Source: an uncultured Ignavibacteriales bacterium (GTDB lineage Bacteria > Zixibacteria > MSB-5A5 > GN15 > FEB-12). From it: DNA of 64,000 nt. The stretch covers positions 17,494 to 81,493 of the forward strand of contig CAZFOY010000007.1 of NCBI GenBank assembly GCA_964520865.1. Direction: 5' to 3'. This document shows positions 18,365-27,451 of this stretch, in pieces. The position numbers and the translations under genes are program-made. A model generated the notes under the pieces. The model did not search any database. It was given only the letters and a program-made list of their open reading frames with translations, and had not been told where the DNA came from. Position 1 is the first letter of the stretch, and each line of letters starts with the position of its first letter.

Positions 18365-21112
18365 CTACATCTTTCCGGCAGAAGTCATAATATATCGGTC
18401 TGTCCGGAAGTATTTCGAGGCTACCCGACGAATGTCGCTCGCATTGACCGCCTGTAGTGCCGACAGGTAATCACGGTCATAGCCAAGTTTCCTGCCGAGG
18501 TATTCATCGACGCCCAGATAGTAGGCCTGATTGATGCTCGACAGCTTCGCACTCATCAGATGTCCCCAGATTTGATTGCGGGCGCTGTTAATCTCGTCCG
18601 ACGTCGGGCCATCGAGCTGCAATTTCTCGATCTGCAGGATGATGCCGTCCCACGCTTTCTCGAAATTTCCGGCCGATGTTCCGATGACCGAGTAGTACCA
18701 GCCGAAATGCTTGTCGAAGACCGCCCCCGTCCCGACAGAATAGGCCAGGCCGTCGCGTTCACGGAGGTTCTGATAGAGACGCTGGGAAAGAATTGAAGCG
18801 GCGATTTCCAGCGCCGCGGCATCCTTATCGCCGGCTCCCGGAAGGGGAGACCCGAGATAAACATTGATCTGCTCTTTGTTCATCTCCGCATGATCGGTCT
18901 CGATCTTCGTCACCGGCGCCGGCGGCTGTGGTTCGTGATAATCAGCTGGTGGATAGCAGAGCCGGCCGAATCGATCGGCAACCCACTGCTTGACTTCATC
19001 GATTGGCCTGTCACTGGCGATTGACAGGATCATGTTCTGCGGGGCATAGAACATTGCATGATATGCCTTCAGATCGCTGCGCGTGATCGCTGCGATCGTC
19101 TGAGGCGTTCCCATGACCGGTTTGGCGTAGGCCGAGGAATCGAACATCCTCTTGAAGAACAGTGAGCGGGCAACTTTCGAGGGTGAAGCGGCATCCCGAC
19201 CGACTATTCCCATCATGCCTGACCTGACATTCTCTACATCCGCTGAATCGAAAGCAGGCTGGAGGAGCATTTCGCTGAAAAGATAAAATCCCCGCTTAGC
19301 GTACTCATCGATCGTCTCGAATTTGAGAAATGAGTACTGGTCAGTCGTGTACCGGTCATCGTACGGTATCCACGGATTGTCGTACAATGTGACGTTGGCG
19401 CCGATTTTCGCCAGGTCTTTCGTGAGTTGTGTCGCATCCCGTGTAAACGTACCCCGCTCGATACACCGATTGACGAAATCAGTGATACCGGTCTTGCCTT
19501 CCGGTTCATTGGCCGAGCGGTTCTTGCCGAGGATGTTCATTGCGAATACTTTGGTGTCCGGATTCTGTTTGATGATCACGGTCAATCCGTTATCAAGAAC
19601 TTCACGGTCATAAGTAGCTTTGTCCGAAAGTGTGAATTTCACCGAGTCTGTCTTCGGAAACACGAGCGGGTAACCGGCCAGATCGTATTGCTTGAATGTC
19701 ACCGAATCAAAATGAGATTTGATTTGTTCATCGGTCGGTTCCGGAGGCAGGTAAGGCGTCTGTGTCGAATCGGCCGGCCGGACGACCACGCCAACATAAT
19801 CGGGCTGTTTCAACCAGTGTTTCGCCGCGGTCTGGCAGTCTGCCCAGGTAACCCGGGAAAGCCGCTCCGGATACGACTGAATGAAATCCCACCCGGTCGT
19901 CATCATCATCGGTGCGATCATGAAGCCGTAGTAATGCAGCTTTTCAGCTGTGTATATATCCTGAGCCTTGACGGATGTTTTGATTCCCTCGATACTTTCC
20001 TTATCGGCGACATGGGTATCGAGGCTCTCAATCTGGTTCAGGATAGTTGAAACGATAGTATTTGCTTTGTCCGGTTTATCGGTCACTACATTCACCTCGA
20101 GACGGGAAAAACCGGCGTGGGTGACGAGCGAAACCGAAGCCTCCGAGGCCAGCGGGTCGGCGCCGCCGGTGAGGGCGGCTGCAAGAGGAGAGACACCGCT
20201 CATATTGAGGTACTGGCTGAGCAGATCCATCGCAAGATAGTCACTGTCGGAGTACTTCGGGGCGGAGAAGGAGAAATCGATGTAGGTCGATTTGACGTTC
20301 GCCACCGTGTCATAGACATGTTGTCCGGTGAGCGCATCCGTCTCGCCGGCATCGTTCGGTCGGGCCTGTTCAATCGAGGCGGTGCTGTCTACGGGCGGCA
20401 TGATGCTGCCTAATGTCGAGTCGATAATCAGTTTCATCTGAGGTGTATCAAAATCGCCGATGACGAGAGCGGTCATGTTGCCCGGTTCGTAGTACCGCTT
20501 CCAGTAGTCGATAATCGCTTCTCTCGGGATATTCTGAATGAACGCACGGTATCCGAGCACCGGACGTCCATAGTCGGTTCCTGCGTACGCCTTGCTGGTG
20601 AAGAAATCTTCAGCAGGCGCGCCCGGCGAATCGGCATCCCGGTTAATCTCTTCAATGACTACTTTGCGCTCCTTGGGAAGCTCCGATTCCGGTATAGTCG
20701 AATTGAACAGCATGTCCGCCTGCACGGCCAGACCATAGTCAATATACTGGCGGGGCATGAGCACCAGATAGGCGGTCAGATCTTTGCGGGTGAAGGCGTT
20801 TATGTAGCCGCCGAGATTGCGGATTGATTCATCGAGCTGTTCTCGGTCCATATGGGTGGTGCCGTCAAAAAGGAGATGCTCCAGAAAATGGGTAATTCCG
20901 TTTTCGTATTGGGACTCGTATTTGCTCCCTGACTTGACGAATATAACCGACGCTATCATCGGCGAACCGTGGTTCTCCTTGAGAATCACCTTCATTCCGT
21001 TGTTGAGGGTGTAAAGACTGTCGGCGGCCTTTGGCGAAGAGGGTATTAGCAGGGCAGCAAATATGAAAACCAGTGCAGCCACCCCGGTTCTGGATTTGAG
21101 CGAATTCAGCAT
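18365..21112 (-). CDS. Secreted M16 (pitrilysin/insulinase) family zinc peptidase, double-length
   Basis: Signal peptide, and an HxxEH motif (HFLEHLLFDG) near the N-terminus. The 915-aa length fits two M16 domain pairs in one chain. Confidence 0.9.
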   Translation of the reverse strand: MLNSLKSRTGVAALVFIFAALLIPSSPKAADSLYTLNNGMKVILKENHGSPMIASVIFVKSGSKYESQYENGITHFLEHLLFDGTTHMDREQLDESIRNLGGYINAFTRKDLTAYLVLMPRQYIDYGLAVQADMLFNSTIPESELPKERKVVIEEINRDADSPGAPAEDFFTSKAYAGTDYGRPVLGYRAFIQNIPREAIIDYWKRYYEPGNMTALVIGDFDTPQMKLIIDSTLGSIMPPVDSTASIEQARPNDAGETDALTGQHVYDTVANVKSTYIDFSFSAPKYSDSDYLAMDLLSQYLNMSGVSPLAAALTGGADPLASEASVSLVTHAGFSRLEVNVVTDKPDKANTIVSTILNQIESLDTHVADKESIEGIKTSVKAQDIYTAEKLHYYGFMIAPMMMTTGWDFIQSYPERLSRVTWADCQTAAKHWLKQPDYVGVVVRPADSTQTPYLPPEPTDEQIKSHFDSVTFKQYDLAGYPLVFPKTDSVKFTLSDKATYDREVLDNGLTVIIKQNPDTKVFAMNILGKNRSANEPEGKTGITDFVNRCIERGTFTRDATQLTKDLAKIGANVTLYDNPWIPYDDRYTTDQYSFLKFETIDEYAKRGFYLFSEMLLQPAFDSADVENVRSGMMGIVGRDAASPSKVARSLFFKRMFDSSAYAKPVMGTPQTIAAITRSDLKAYHAMFYAPQNMILSIASDRPIDEVKQWVADRFGRLCYPPADYHEPQPPAPVTKIETDHAEMNKEQINVYLGSPLPGAGDKDAAALEIAASILSQRLYQNLRERDGLAYSVGTGAVFDKHFGWYYSVIGTSAGNFEKAWDGIILQIEKLQLDGPTSDEINSARNQIWGHLMSAKLSSINQAYYLGVDEYLGRKLGYDRDYLSALQAVNASDIRRVASKYFRTDRYIMTSAGKM

Positions 21113-21270
21113 ATCTATGACTCCTGTCCGGGACCGAACGGAGGGCCCGTCTCATGTGTATATTTCAATAACTGACAAGAAGTTATATTACAGGCAGAGA
21201 GATGGTTTGTCAACCACCGAAGAATTGAATTGACTCGCTGAGGATATCCGGTATATTCAGGCAACTGTTT

Positions 21271-21714
21271 ATGAAAAAGCTACTTAGACATGTCCGGGAG
21301 GGCCTGAAGTTCGGTCTGATTGCGCTGACCGTGGCTTCGCTCACGTTGAGCGGTGCCCAGTCAGCCAAACGACTTTTCACCGGTTACGGTAGTCACGAGA
21401 CGGTTGAGAAACAGATCGCCGAACTGGCGCAATTTATTCCCGGTCCACCCACGCCTGACGAAGCTCCCGGAAAGATGGCTCGCGACAGTCAGCCGAATTG
21501 CGAGCAACCAGCTTATGCCGCCGCACCACTTGTTGTCAAAACCGATAATTCCGAATCCCGCATTAATCCGGATACCCATCAGCCCGGCCGAGATGTATCC
21601 GCCTCAACGAAGACGATCCGCAATCGATCGATAAAGACAAGCTCTTCTAATATCTCATCTCGACTCGCCCTCCAATTCACGCTGGTAGGTGCGAAACCTT
21701 CCGGAACCAGCTAA
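21271..21714 (+). CDS. Hypothetical protein with an N-terminal TM or signal segment
   Basis: ATG start and a hydrophobic N-terminus (FGLIALTVASLTLSGA). The remainder is low complexity and I recognise no family. Confidence 0.35.
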   Translation: MKKLLRHVREGLKFGLIALTVASLTLSGAQSAKRLFTGYGSHETVEKQIAELAQFIPGPPTPDEAPGKMARDSQPNCEQPAYAAAPLVVKTDNSESRINPDTHQPGRDVSASTKTIRNRSIKTSSSNISSRLALQFTLVGAKPSGTS

Positions 21715-21798
21715 ACGCCGGTTTCTCCTCAGCAAGAATCCAAGTCAAAAGACAATAAATAATTTCGAATAATTTCTAATTTTTTGGAAGGAATCTAT

Positions 21799-23544
21799 AT
21801 GTCCAAGCACAATTGGCGTATTCTCCTCACAATTGCCCTGGTGATTCTGGCGGTTGTCGCCTTCTGGAACACCTTCAAACTGTGGACAATGAGCCCGGCT
21901 GAGAAGCAACAGATGCAGGCCGACGATCCGGGCGCGCTGCTGAAACTTCAGCAGAAGGCAATTCGCCTCGGCCTGGACCTCCAGGGAGGCATCCATGTCG
22001 TCCTCCGAGTCAAAATGGAGGAACTTGATAAAGACTCTCAGAAAGACGCGGTCGATCGGGCCATTCAGGTCGTTCGTAACCGTATCGACGGTCTTGGTGT
22101 GGCGGAGCCGGTAATCGTTAAACAGGGGACCGATCGAATTGTAGTGGATCTTCCCGGTTATACCGATGCCGCCCGTGCCGAAGAACTGATCGGTCAGACG
22201 GCTTTGCTGCAATTCAAGCTGATGGATTCTTACGAGAATGCCAACCTGCTTCTGGCTCGTCTGGATTCGGCAATCTACAAGTATCAGCAGGCGAAAAAAG
22301 GCTTGTCCTCAACCGACACCACCCTGACAGCCAAAAATGGCGAAACCAAGAACGAAAAGACGCCTCCCTCGAAATCAACCAATCCGAAAGACAGCTCGAA
22401 CGACATACTGGCCGAGTTGATGGGAGACAGTGCTTTCGACACTGCCGCAGCGTTTGGTTTCGATGAATCAGACACGGCGTCAAACGAGCACCCGCTTACA
22501 TCGCGGCTCGAACCGGCGCTCTTCAATAGCACAACCGGTACCAACTGGCCCGCCTACTCGGTGAAGAAGGACGATCGGGAGCTCATCGCCAGGTGGCTGC
22601 AGCTTCCCGAAGTTGCTTCCCTGATCCCGATCGATGACCAGTTTGCCTGGTCTACCCGGTCGGAGTTAAGAAATCAGCGTCAGGTCTATATGCTGTACCT
22701 CCTGAAGAGAAAGGTGCAGTTCCTTGGCCGCTTCCTCGAAGGAATCAGCCTCGGTACCGGGCAGATGGGTGGTTTTGATGTAAACTTCAGCCTCTCCGGC
22801 GACGGAGCGGCCCGGTTTGCCACGCTGACCGGTGCGAACATAAACAAACCGCTCGCGATCGTGCTCGACGACAAAGTCGAGTCGGCGCCGTTTATCAATT
22901 CGAAGATCCGTAATCGCGGTCAGATTACGATGGGAAGTTCGGCGAAGATCGATGACGCCCGCAACATGGAAATCGTGCTGAAAGCCGGTGCGCTTCCTGC
23001 CCCGGTTGAAATCATCGAAAAGAACGTCGTCGGCGCCACCCTCGGCGCGGACTCGATCAAGAAAGGGTTCTATTCATCCGTCATCGGGTTGATCGTGGTT
23101 CTCCTGTTTATCGGCATCTACTACCGGATCTCCGGAGTCATTGCCGATATCGGTTTGTTGTTCAACCTCTTCTTCCTGTTGGCGATCATGGCGGCGCTCG
23201 GCGCCACTCTCACCATGCCGGGTATCGCCGGTATTATTCTGACGATGGGTATTTCGGTCGACTCGAATATTCTGATTTTCGAGCGTATCCGCGAAGAACT
23301 GCGGACGGGCAAGACCGTACGGGCATCGATCGATGCCGGTTACAGCCGCGCCTTCGTGGCCATTTTCGACTCCCACGTCACCACGCTTATCACCGCCGGT
23401 GCTCTGTTCCTCCTCGGTTCGGGACCGATCAAGGGATTTGCCGTAACGCTCTTCTGGGGTGTTACGATCTCCCTGTACACGGCATACATCATCACGAAGC
23501 AGATATTTGATTTCCGCAAAGGTTATCAGAAGCTGAGCATATAA
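21799..23544 (+). CDS. secD: Protein translocase subunit SecD
   Basis: LGLDLQGGIHVVL motif, a large periplasmic domain, and a C-terminal 6-TM SecD/F module. Start moved to ATG 21799, behind GGAAGGA. Confidence 0.9.
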   Translation: MSKHNWRILLTIALVILAVVAFWNTFKLWTMSPAEKQQMQADDPGALLKLQQKAIRLGLDLQGGIHVVLRVKMEELDKDSQKDAVDRAIQVVRNRIDGLGVAEPVIVKQGTDRIVVDLPGYTDAARAEELIGQTALLQFKLMDSYENANLLLARLDSAIYKYQQAKKGLSSTDTTLTAKNGETKNEKTPPSKSTNPKDSSNDILAELMGDSAFDTAAAFGFDESDTASNEHPLTSRLEPALFNSTTGTNWPAYSVKKDDRELIARWLQLPEVASLIPIDDQFAWSTRSELRNQRQVYMLYLLKRKVQFLGRFLEGISLGTGQMGGFDVNFSLSGDGAARFATLTGANINKPLAIVLDDKVESAPFINSKIRNRGQITMGSSAKIDDARNMEIVLKAGALPAPVEIIEKNVVGATLGADSIKKGFYSSVIGLIVVLLFIGIYYRISGVIADIGLLFNLFFLLAIMAALGATLTMPGIAGIILTMGISVDSNILIFERIREELRTGKTVRASIDAGYSRAFVAIFDSHVTTLITAGALFLLGSGPIKGFAVTLFWGVTISLYTAYIITKQIFDFRKGYQKLSI

Positions 23545-23562
23545 TCGAAAGGTGAGAGCAAC

Positions 23563-24489
23563 ATGTTTAGAATAATTGGTGAAACACACATAGACTTTAT
23601 CGGGCTTCGTAAGATCGCCTTCGTCCTGTCGGCGTGTCTTATCATTCTCGGCCTGATCGGGTTCGTCATGATCTCCCTGGGGAAGGCGAATCTCGGCATT
23701 GATTTCGCAGGCGGAATCATGATCCAGGGATACTTCGATAAACCGGTCAAAATCGATGATCTCCGCAACGCCACCGTCACGGAGTTCCCGGATATCCAGA
23801 TCACCCACCTGACCGACTTCGAGAAGCCGAACGCCTTCATTGTCAAGGTCAAGCAGCCCCAGTCCGAGCAGGAGTCCAAAGAAAAGCTGGCTGCGTTGAA
23901 AAGCGACATTACCGGCAAATTCGCCGGCAATGCTTTCACGATCGTGTCGGAGCACGTGATCGGTCCGGCGGTCGGAGAGACCTTGCGGCGGGATGCCCGC
24001 TGGGCGGTTCTGCTGTCGATGTTCGGTATTATCATTTACATCTGGATTCGATTCGATTTTCGAAGCGGGATCGCGGCTACAATCGCGACTTTCCACGACG
24101 TACTCGCGGTGTTAGGAATCTTCTTTATCTTCCGACTTGAATTCGACTCCCTGATCGTGACGGCACTGCTGACCCTTGCGGGATATTCTCTAACGGATAC
24201 GGTCGTCGTGTACGACCGAATACGAGAGAATCTCAGGAAATTCCGATCCAAGGGTGAATTTGCCAACGCGGTCAACGTCTCGATCAACGAGATGTTGTCG
24301 CGAACGATCAATACTTCGATGACGGTGTTGATCGTGGTCGGCATCCTCTTCCTGTTCGGCGGCGAGGTGCTTCATAATTTCGCCCTCGCGCTGTTCCTGG
24401 GAGTTATTGTAGGAACCTACAGCTCGGTGTTTGTGGCCAGCCCAATTGTGGTTGAATGGGAAGCCCGCTCGCCGAAGCGCTTCAAATAG
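23563..24489 (+). CDS. secF: Protein translocase subunit SecF
   Basis: 308 aa. N-terminal HIDFIGLRK motif and a 6-TM SecF module. Starts 18 nt after secD. Confidence 0.9.
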   Translation: MFRIIGETHIDFIGLRKIAFVLSACLIILGLIGFVMISLGKANLGIDFAGGIMIQGYFDKPVKIDDLRNATVTEFPDIQITHLTDFEKPNAFIVKVKQPQSEQESKEKLAALKSDITGKFAGNAFTIVSEHVIGPAVGETLRRDARWAVLLSMFGIIIYIWIRFDFRSGIAATIATFHDVLAVLGIFFIFRLEFDSLIVTALLTLAGYSLTDTVVVYDRIRENLRKFRSKGEFANAVNVSINEMLSRTINTSMTVLIVVGILFLFGGEVLHNFALALFLGVIVGTYSSVFVASPIVVEWEARSPKRFK

Positions 24490-24518
24490 TCGTTTCTTAC
24501 TCGATTCGACGAAAATCA

Positions 24519-24549
24519 GCCCGCCGGTCTGCACCGGCGGGTTTTTTTT
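24519..24549 (+). terminator. Rho-independent terminator after secF
   Basis: 9-bp GC stem, CCCGCCGGT (24520-24528) with ACCGGCGGG (24533-24541), a 4-nt loop, then T8. Confidence 0.75.
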
Positions 24550-24699
24550 GCGCCCGATTGCGTTGGCAGTGACAACGGATGGCAACATCGCCTTAAACAC
24601 TCCAATATATTTGCTTGACACACTATTCGGGGCCTCTATCTTTTGCACCGATATTACTTCACGACCGACCCTGTTCGAAGTTGGGAAGCGAGGCCGCCG

Positions 24700-26535
24700 A
24701 TGTTGACAGTTTTTCTGTCGCTGCTCGCTGTCGCGGTTGTCACCGACAGCACTTACAATACCAAAGAGAATCCGGTTGAGGTTGACCCGATCGTTGTCGT
24801 CGGTCAGCGCGAACCGGTCAGGTTGTCTAAGGCGGTCAATTCGGTGATTACGGTTCCTCCGCAGAAGATGGAGGATGCTTCCGAGGACAACGTTCTTTCC
24901 CTGTTCAACTACTCGAGCTCGTCGATCAGCATAACTTCGGTCAACGGAGTCGGGTACGGATTAGGGACGTACGGTCAGGGACGGATACTCATCCGCGGGC
25001 TCGGGTTTACACCGAACCGCGGATCGCTGGTCCTGATCGACGGTCGTCCTGATATTGCCGGACTGTTCGGCCACCCGCTTCCGGATACCTACCAGCGGGC
25101 CGGACTTTATTCGGCTGAACTGGTCAAAGGCGGATCGTCCACGCTGTACGGCTCCAACGCCATTGCCGGCGTGCTGGATCTGCAGTCGTTCTACCGTCCC
25201 GATCTGGATAAGTACACGAATCTCGAATTGAAGGGCGGGTCTTACAACACGTTCGACGGCGTGATACAACACTCTCAGAAGGTCGGGCAGGCGATTCTTG
25301 CGGGATGGTACGAATACCTGAGATCGGACAATCAGCGTGATTACGAGGCATACTTCAACCGTTCCGGCGGGTTCAGAGCACAACTTCAACAATGGAAGGG
25401 CATGAATCTGTTGCTGAGCGGTAAGGTCACGTCGTTCGATTTCGGCGATGCCGGTCCGGTGTACGCACCGATGCCTTCGACCGGAAAGATCCTTCGCACC
25501 GGTGTGACCGCAGGTGCGGATCGAAGAACCGATGCGTACGCGCTTTCAGCAAGACTATACAACAGCTACGGCCATCATACGTTTTCAGACGGCTTTCATT
25601 CGGTCGATCGGAACAATGGGATTGATCTATTCGGCCGACTCAATCATGTCGGTTCGAAACATCTGTCACTGTCTGGCGGACTTTCTTTTGACCAGTTGGG
25701 CGGGAATGCGTACGACGGAACGCCGTTCACGCGGCCGGGGAATTTCGATGAAAACGAGTTCGCCGCTCATGCCCAAACCGAGTTCAGCTACAAAGCTCTC
25801 AGCAGCCTGATCCTCGGCGGTCGATACATTCATCACGATCGCTACGGATCGCATTTTGTGTATCAGGCCGGGTTGGTCGTAACGCCGCCGTCGATCGGTT
25901 CGTTCAAATTCTCGATCGGCACCGCCTACCGAAATCCCACGATCAACGAGTCGCAGCTTTTCATGATCTCCAACCCGGACTCACTCAAACCGGAAGAGGG
26001 GACATTCTACGAGGTCGGCTACTTCAAGAAGCTTAACGCCAGTCTCTCGGTGGAGACGGCCGTTTTCTGGCGTGAGGGCAAGAACCTTATTCTGACCATG
26101 CCCAACCCTTCCCCGCCGCCGTTCGTTACCTTCCAGAACAGCGGGACTTATAAGCACTCCGGGATTGAGGCGACAGTGCGTTTTTCTCAGGGCAGATTCA
26201 GTTTGAATCCGTCTTATACGCATCTGAATCAGGATAGCTACAACGAGTCTGTCCCGACTGACAAGTTCGTTGTCGACGGCGGTTTCACCGCTCGCCGATT
26301 TCGGGCCGGAATCGAAACGGTGGCAGCATTAAACACGAGATCCGACTCGGCCGGGGTACCGGTTGTCCTGAAGGACTATGTCCTGGTGAATCTTGACCAG
26401 GTCTTTCATATCACGCCTAATCTTGATTTTTCCTTGAAGGTCAATAACCTATTTGACCAGAAGTACCAGATAGTCTCCGGATATCCGATGCCCGGAGTCA
26501 CGTTCCGTGGCGGACTCGCCATCAGGATGTTCTGA
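24700..26535 (+). CDS. TonB-dependent-receptor-like outer membrane beta-barrel
   Basis: 612 aa from ATG 24700, which follows GGGAAGCGAGG. Signal-like N-terminus, plug motif ELVKGGSSTLYGSNAIAGVLDL, a beta-rich body, and a C-terminal ...GGLAIRMF ending in Phe. Confidence 0.8.
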   Translation: MLTVFLSLLAVAVVTDSTYNTKENPVEVDPIVVVGQREPVRLSKAVNSVITVPPQKMEDASEDNVLSLFNYSSSSISITSVNGVGYGLGTYGQGRILIRGLGFTPNRGSLVLIDGRPDIAGLFGHPLPDTYQRAGLYSAELVKGGSSTLYGSNAIAGVLDLQSFYRPDLDKYTNLELKGGSYNTFDGVIQHSQKVGQAILAGWYEYLRSDNQRDYEAYFNRSGGFRAQLQQWKGMNLLLSGKVTSFDFGDAGPVYAPMPSTGKILRTGVTAGADRRTDAYALSARLYNSYGHHTFSDGFHSVDRNNGIDLFGRLNHVGSKHLSLSGGLSFDQLGGNAYDGTPFTRPGNFDENEFAAHAQTEFSYKALSSLILGGRYIHHDRYGSHFVYQAGLVVTPPSIGSFKFSIGTAYRNPTINESQLFMISNPDSLKPEEGTFYEVGYFKKLNASLSVETAVFWREGKNLILTMPNPSPPPFVTFQNSGTYKHSGIEATVRFSQGRFSLNPSYTHLNQDSYNESVPTDKFVVDGGFTARRFRAGIETVAALNTRSDSAGVPVVLKDYVLVNLDQVFHITPNLDFSLKVNNLFDQKYQIVSGYPMPGVTFRGGLAIRMF

Positions 26536-26607
26536 CGGCGTGTCATTTGCCTTACATCCGAACTGACAGATAATTTTTCAACGAAAAGCAGAGTCTGACT
26601 GTATATT

Positions 26608-27357
26608 ATGTATATGCAGTGGGTATACTCAAAATCGGCTATTTTGGCCCTGGTTGTTACTCTGGCGGCAAGCTCGGCTTCTTTTTCCCAGGGACGGGAA
26701 CAGATTCCGAAGCTCATGCAAATGAACCAGTTACGAAGCGCGCCAACAGCCAACCCTGACCCCTCCGCGATCAAAGTGGCCCGTCTTCACTATTCGGGCG
26801 GTGGCGACTGGTACTGGGGAAGTTCCTCAGTGCCAAATTTTCTGAAATTCATCTCTGAGAATTCCCCGTTCCCGGTCGACACGATCGAGCACGAAATCAA
26901 GATTACCGATCCGGATCTGTTCAAATATCCGTTCCTATTCGCTACCGGTCACGGAATTATCAGTTTCAACTCAGATGAGCAGGAAAGACTGCGCCAGTAT
27001 CTGGCCAATGGCGGATTTCTCTTTGTCAACGACTCGTACGGTATGAAAGAGACGTTCCCGAAGGAACTGGCCAAGCTGTTTCCCGACCGCAAGATCGTGG
27101 AATTGCCTTACGACCACCCGATCTACCACTGTTTTTATGATTTCCCGAACGGACCGCCGAAAATTCACGAGCACGACGGTCTGCCGCCTCGGGCGTATTC
27201 AATCATTGTTAACGGGCGGGTTGTGGTCTATTTTCTGATTGAGTCCGATATTGGAGATGGATGGGAAGATCCCCAGGTTCATCACGATCCGGAAGTGAAA
27301 CGTCAGGAAGCTCTGAGGATGGGGTTAAACCTTTTGACTTACGCGTTGTTATATTAG
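26608..27357 (+). CDS. DUF4159-domain protein (secreted)
   Basis: Signal peptide. The motifs ARLHYSGGGDWYWGSSSVPNFLKF and FLFATGHG...LRQYLANGGFLFVND match my memory of DUF4159. Confidence 0.7.
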   Translation: MYMQWVYSKSAILALVVTLAASSASFSQGREQIPKLMQMNQLRSAPTANPDPSAIKVARLHYSGGGDWYWGSSSVPNFLKFISENSPFPVDTIEHEIKITDPDLFKYPFLFATGHGIISFNSDEQERLRQYLANGGFLFVNDSYGMKETFPKELAKLFPDRKIVELPYDHPIYHCFYDFPNGPPKIHEHDGLPPRAYSIIVNGRVVVYFLIESDIGDGWEDPQVHHDPEVKRQEALRMGLNLLTYALLY

Positions 27358-27451
27358 CAGACGTATTACTTACCAGAATTTTACTCTGTTTTGAAATAGA
27401 TATCCGGGTTACAATCGGCTAACCGAGACAAGTAATTGCGAGGTGACCTTC

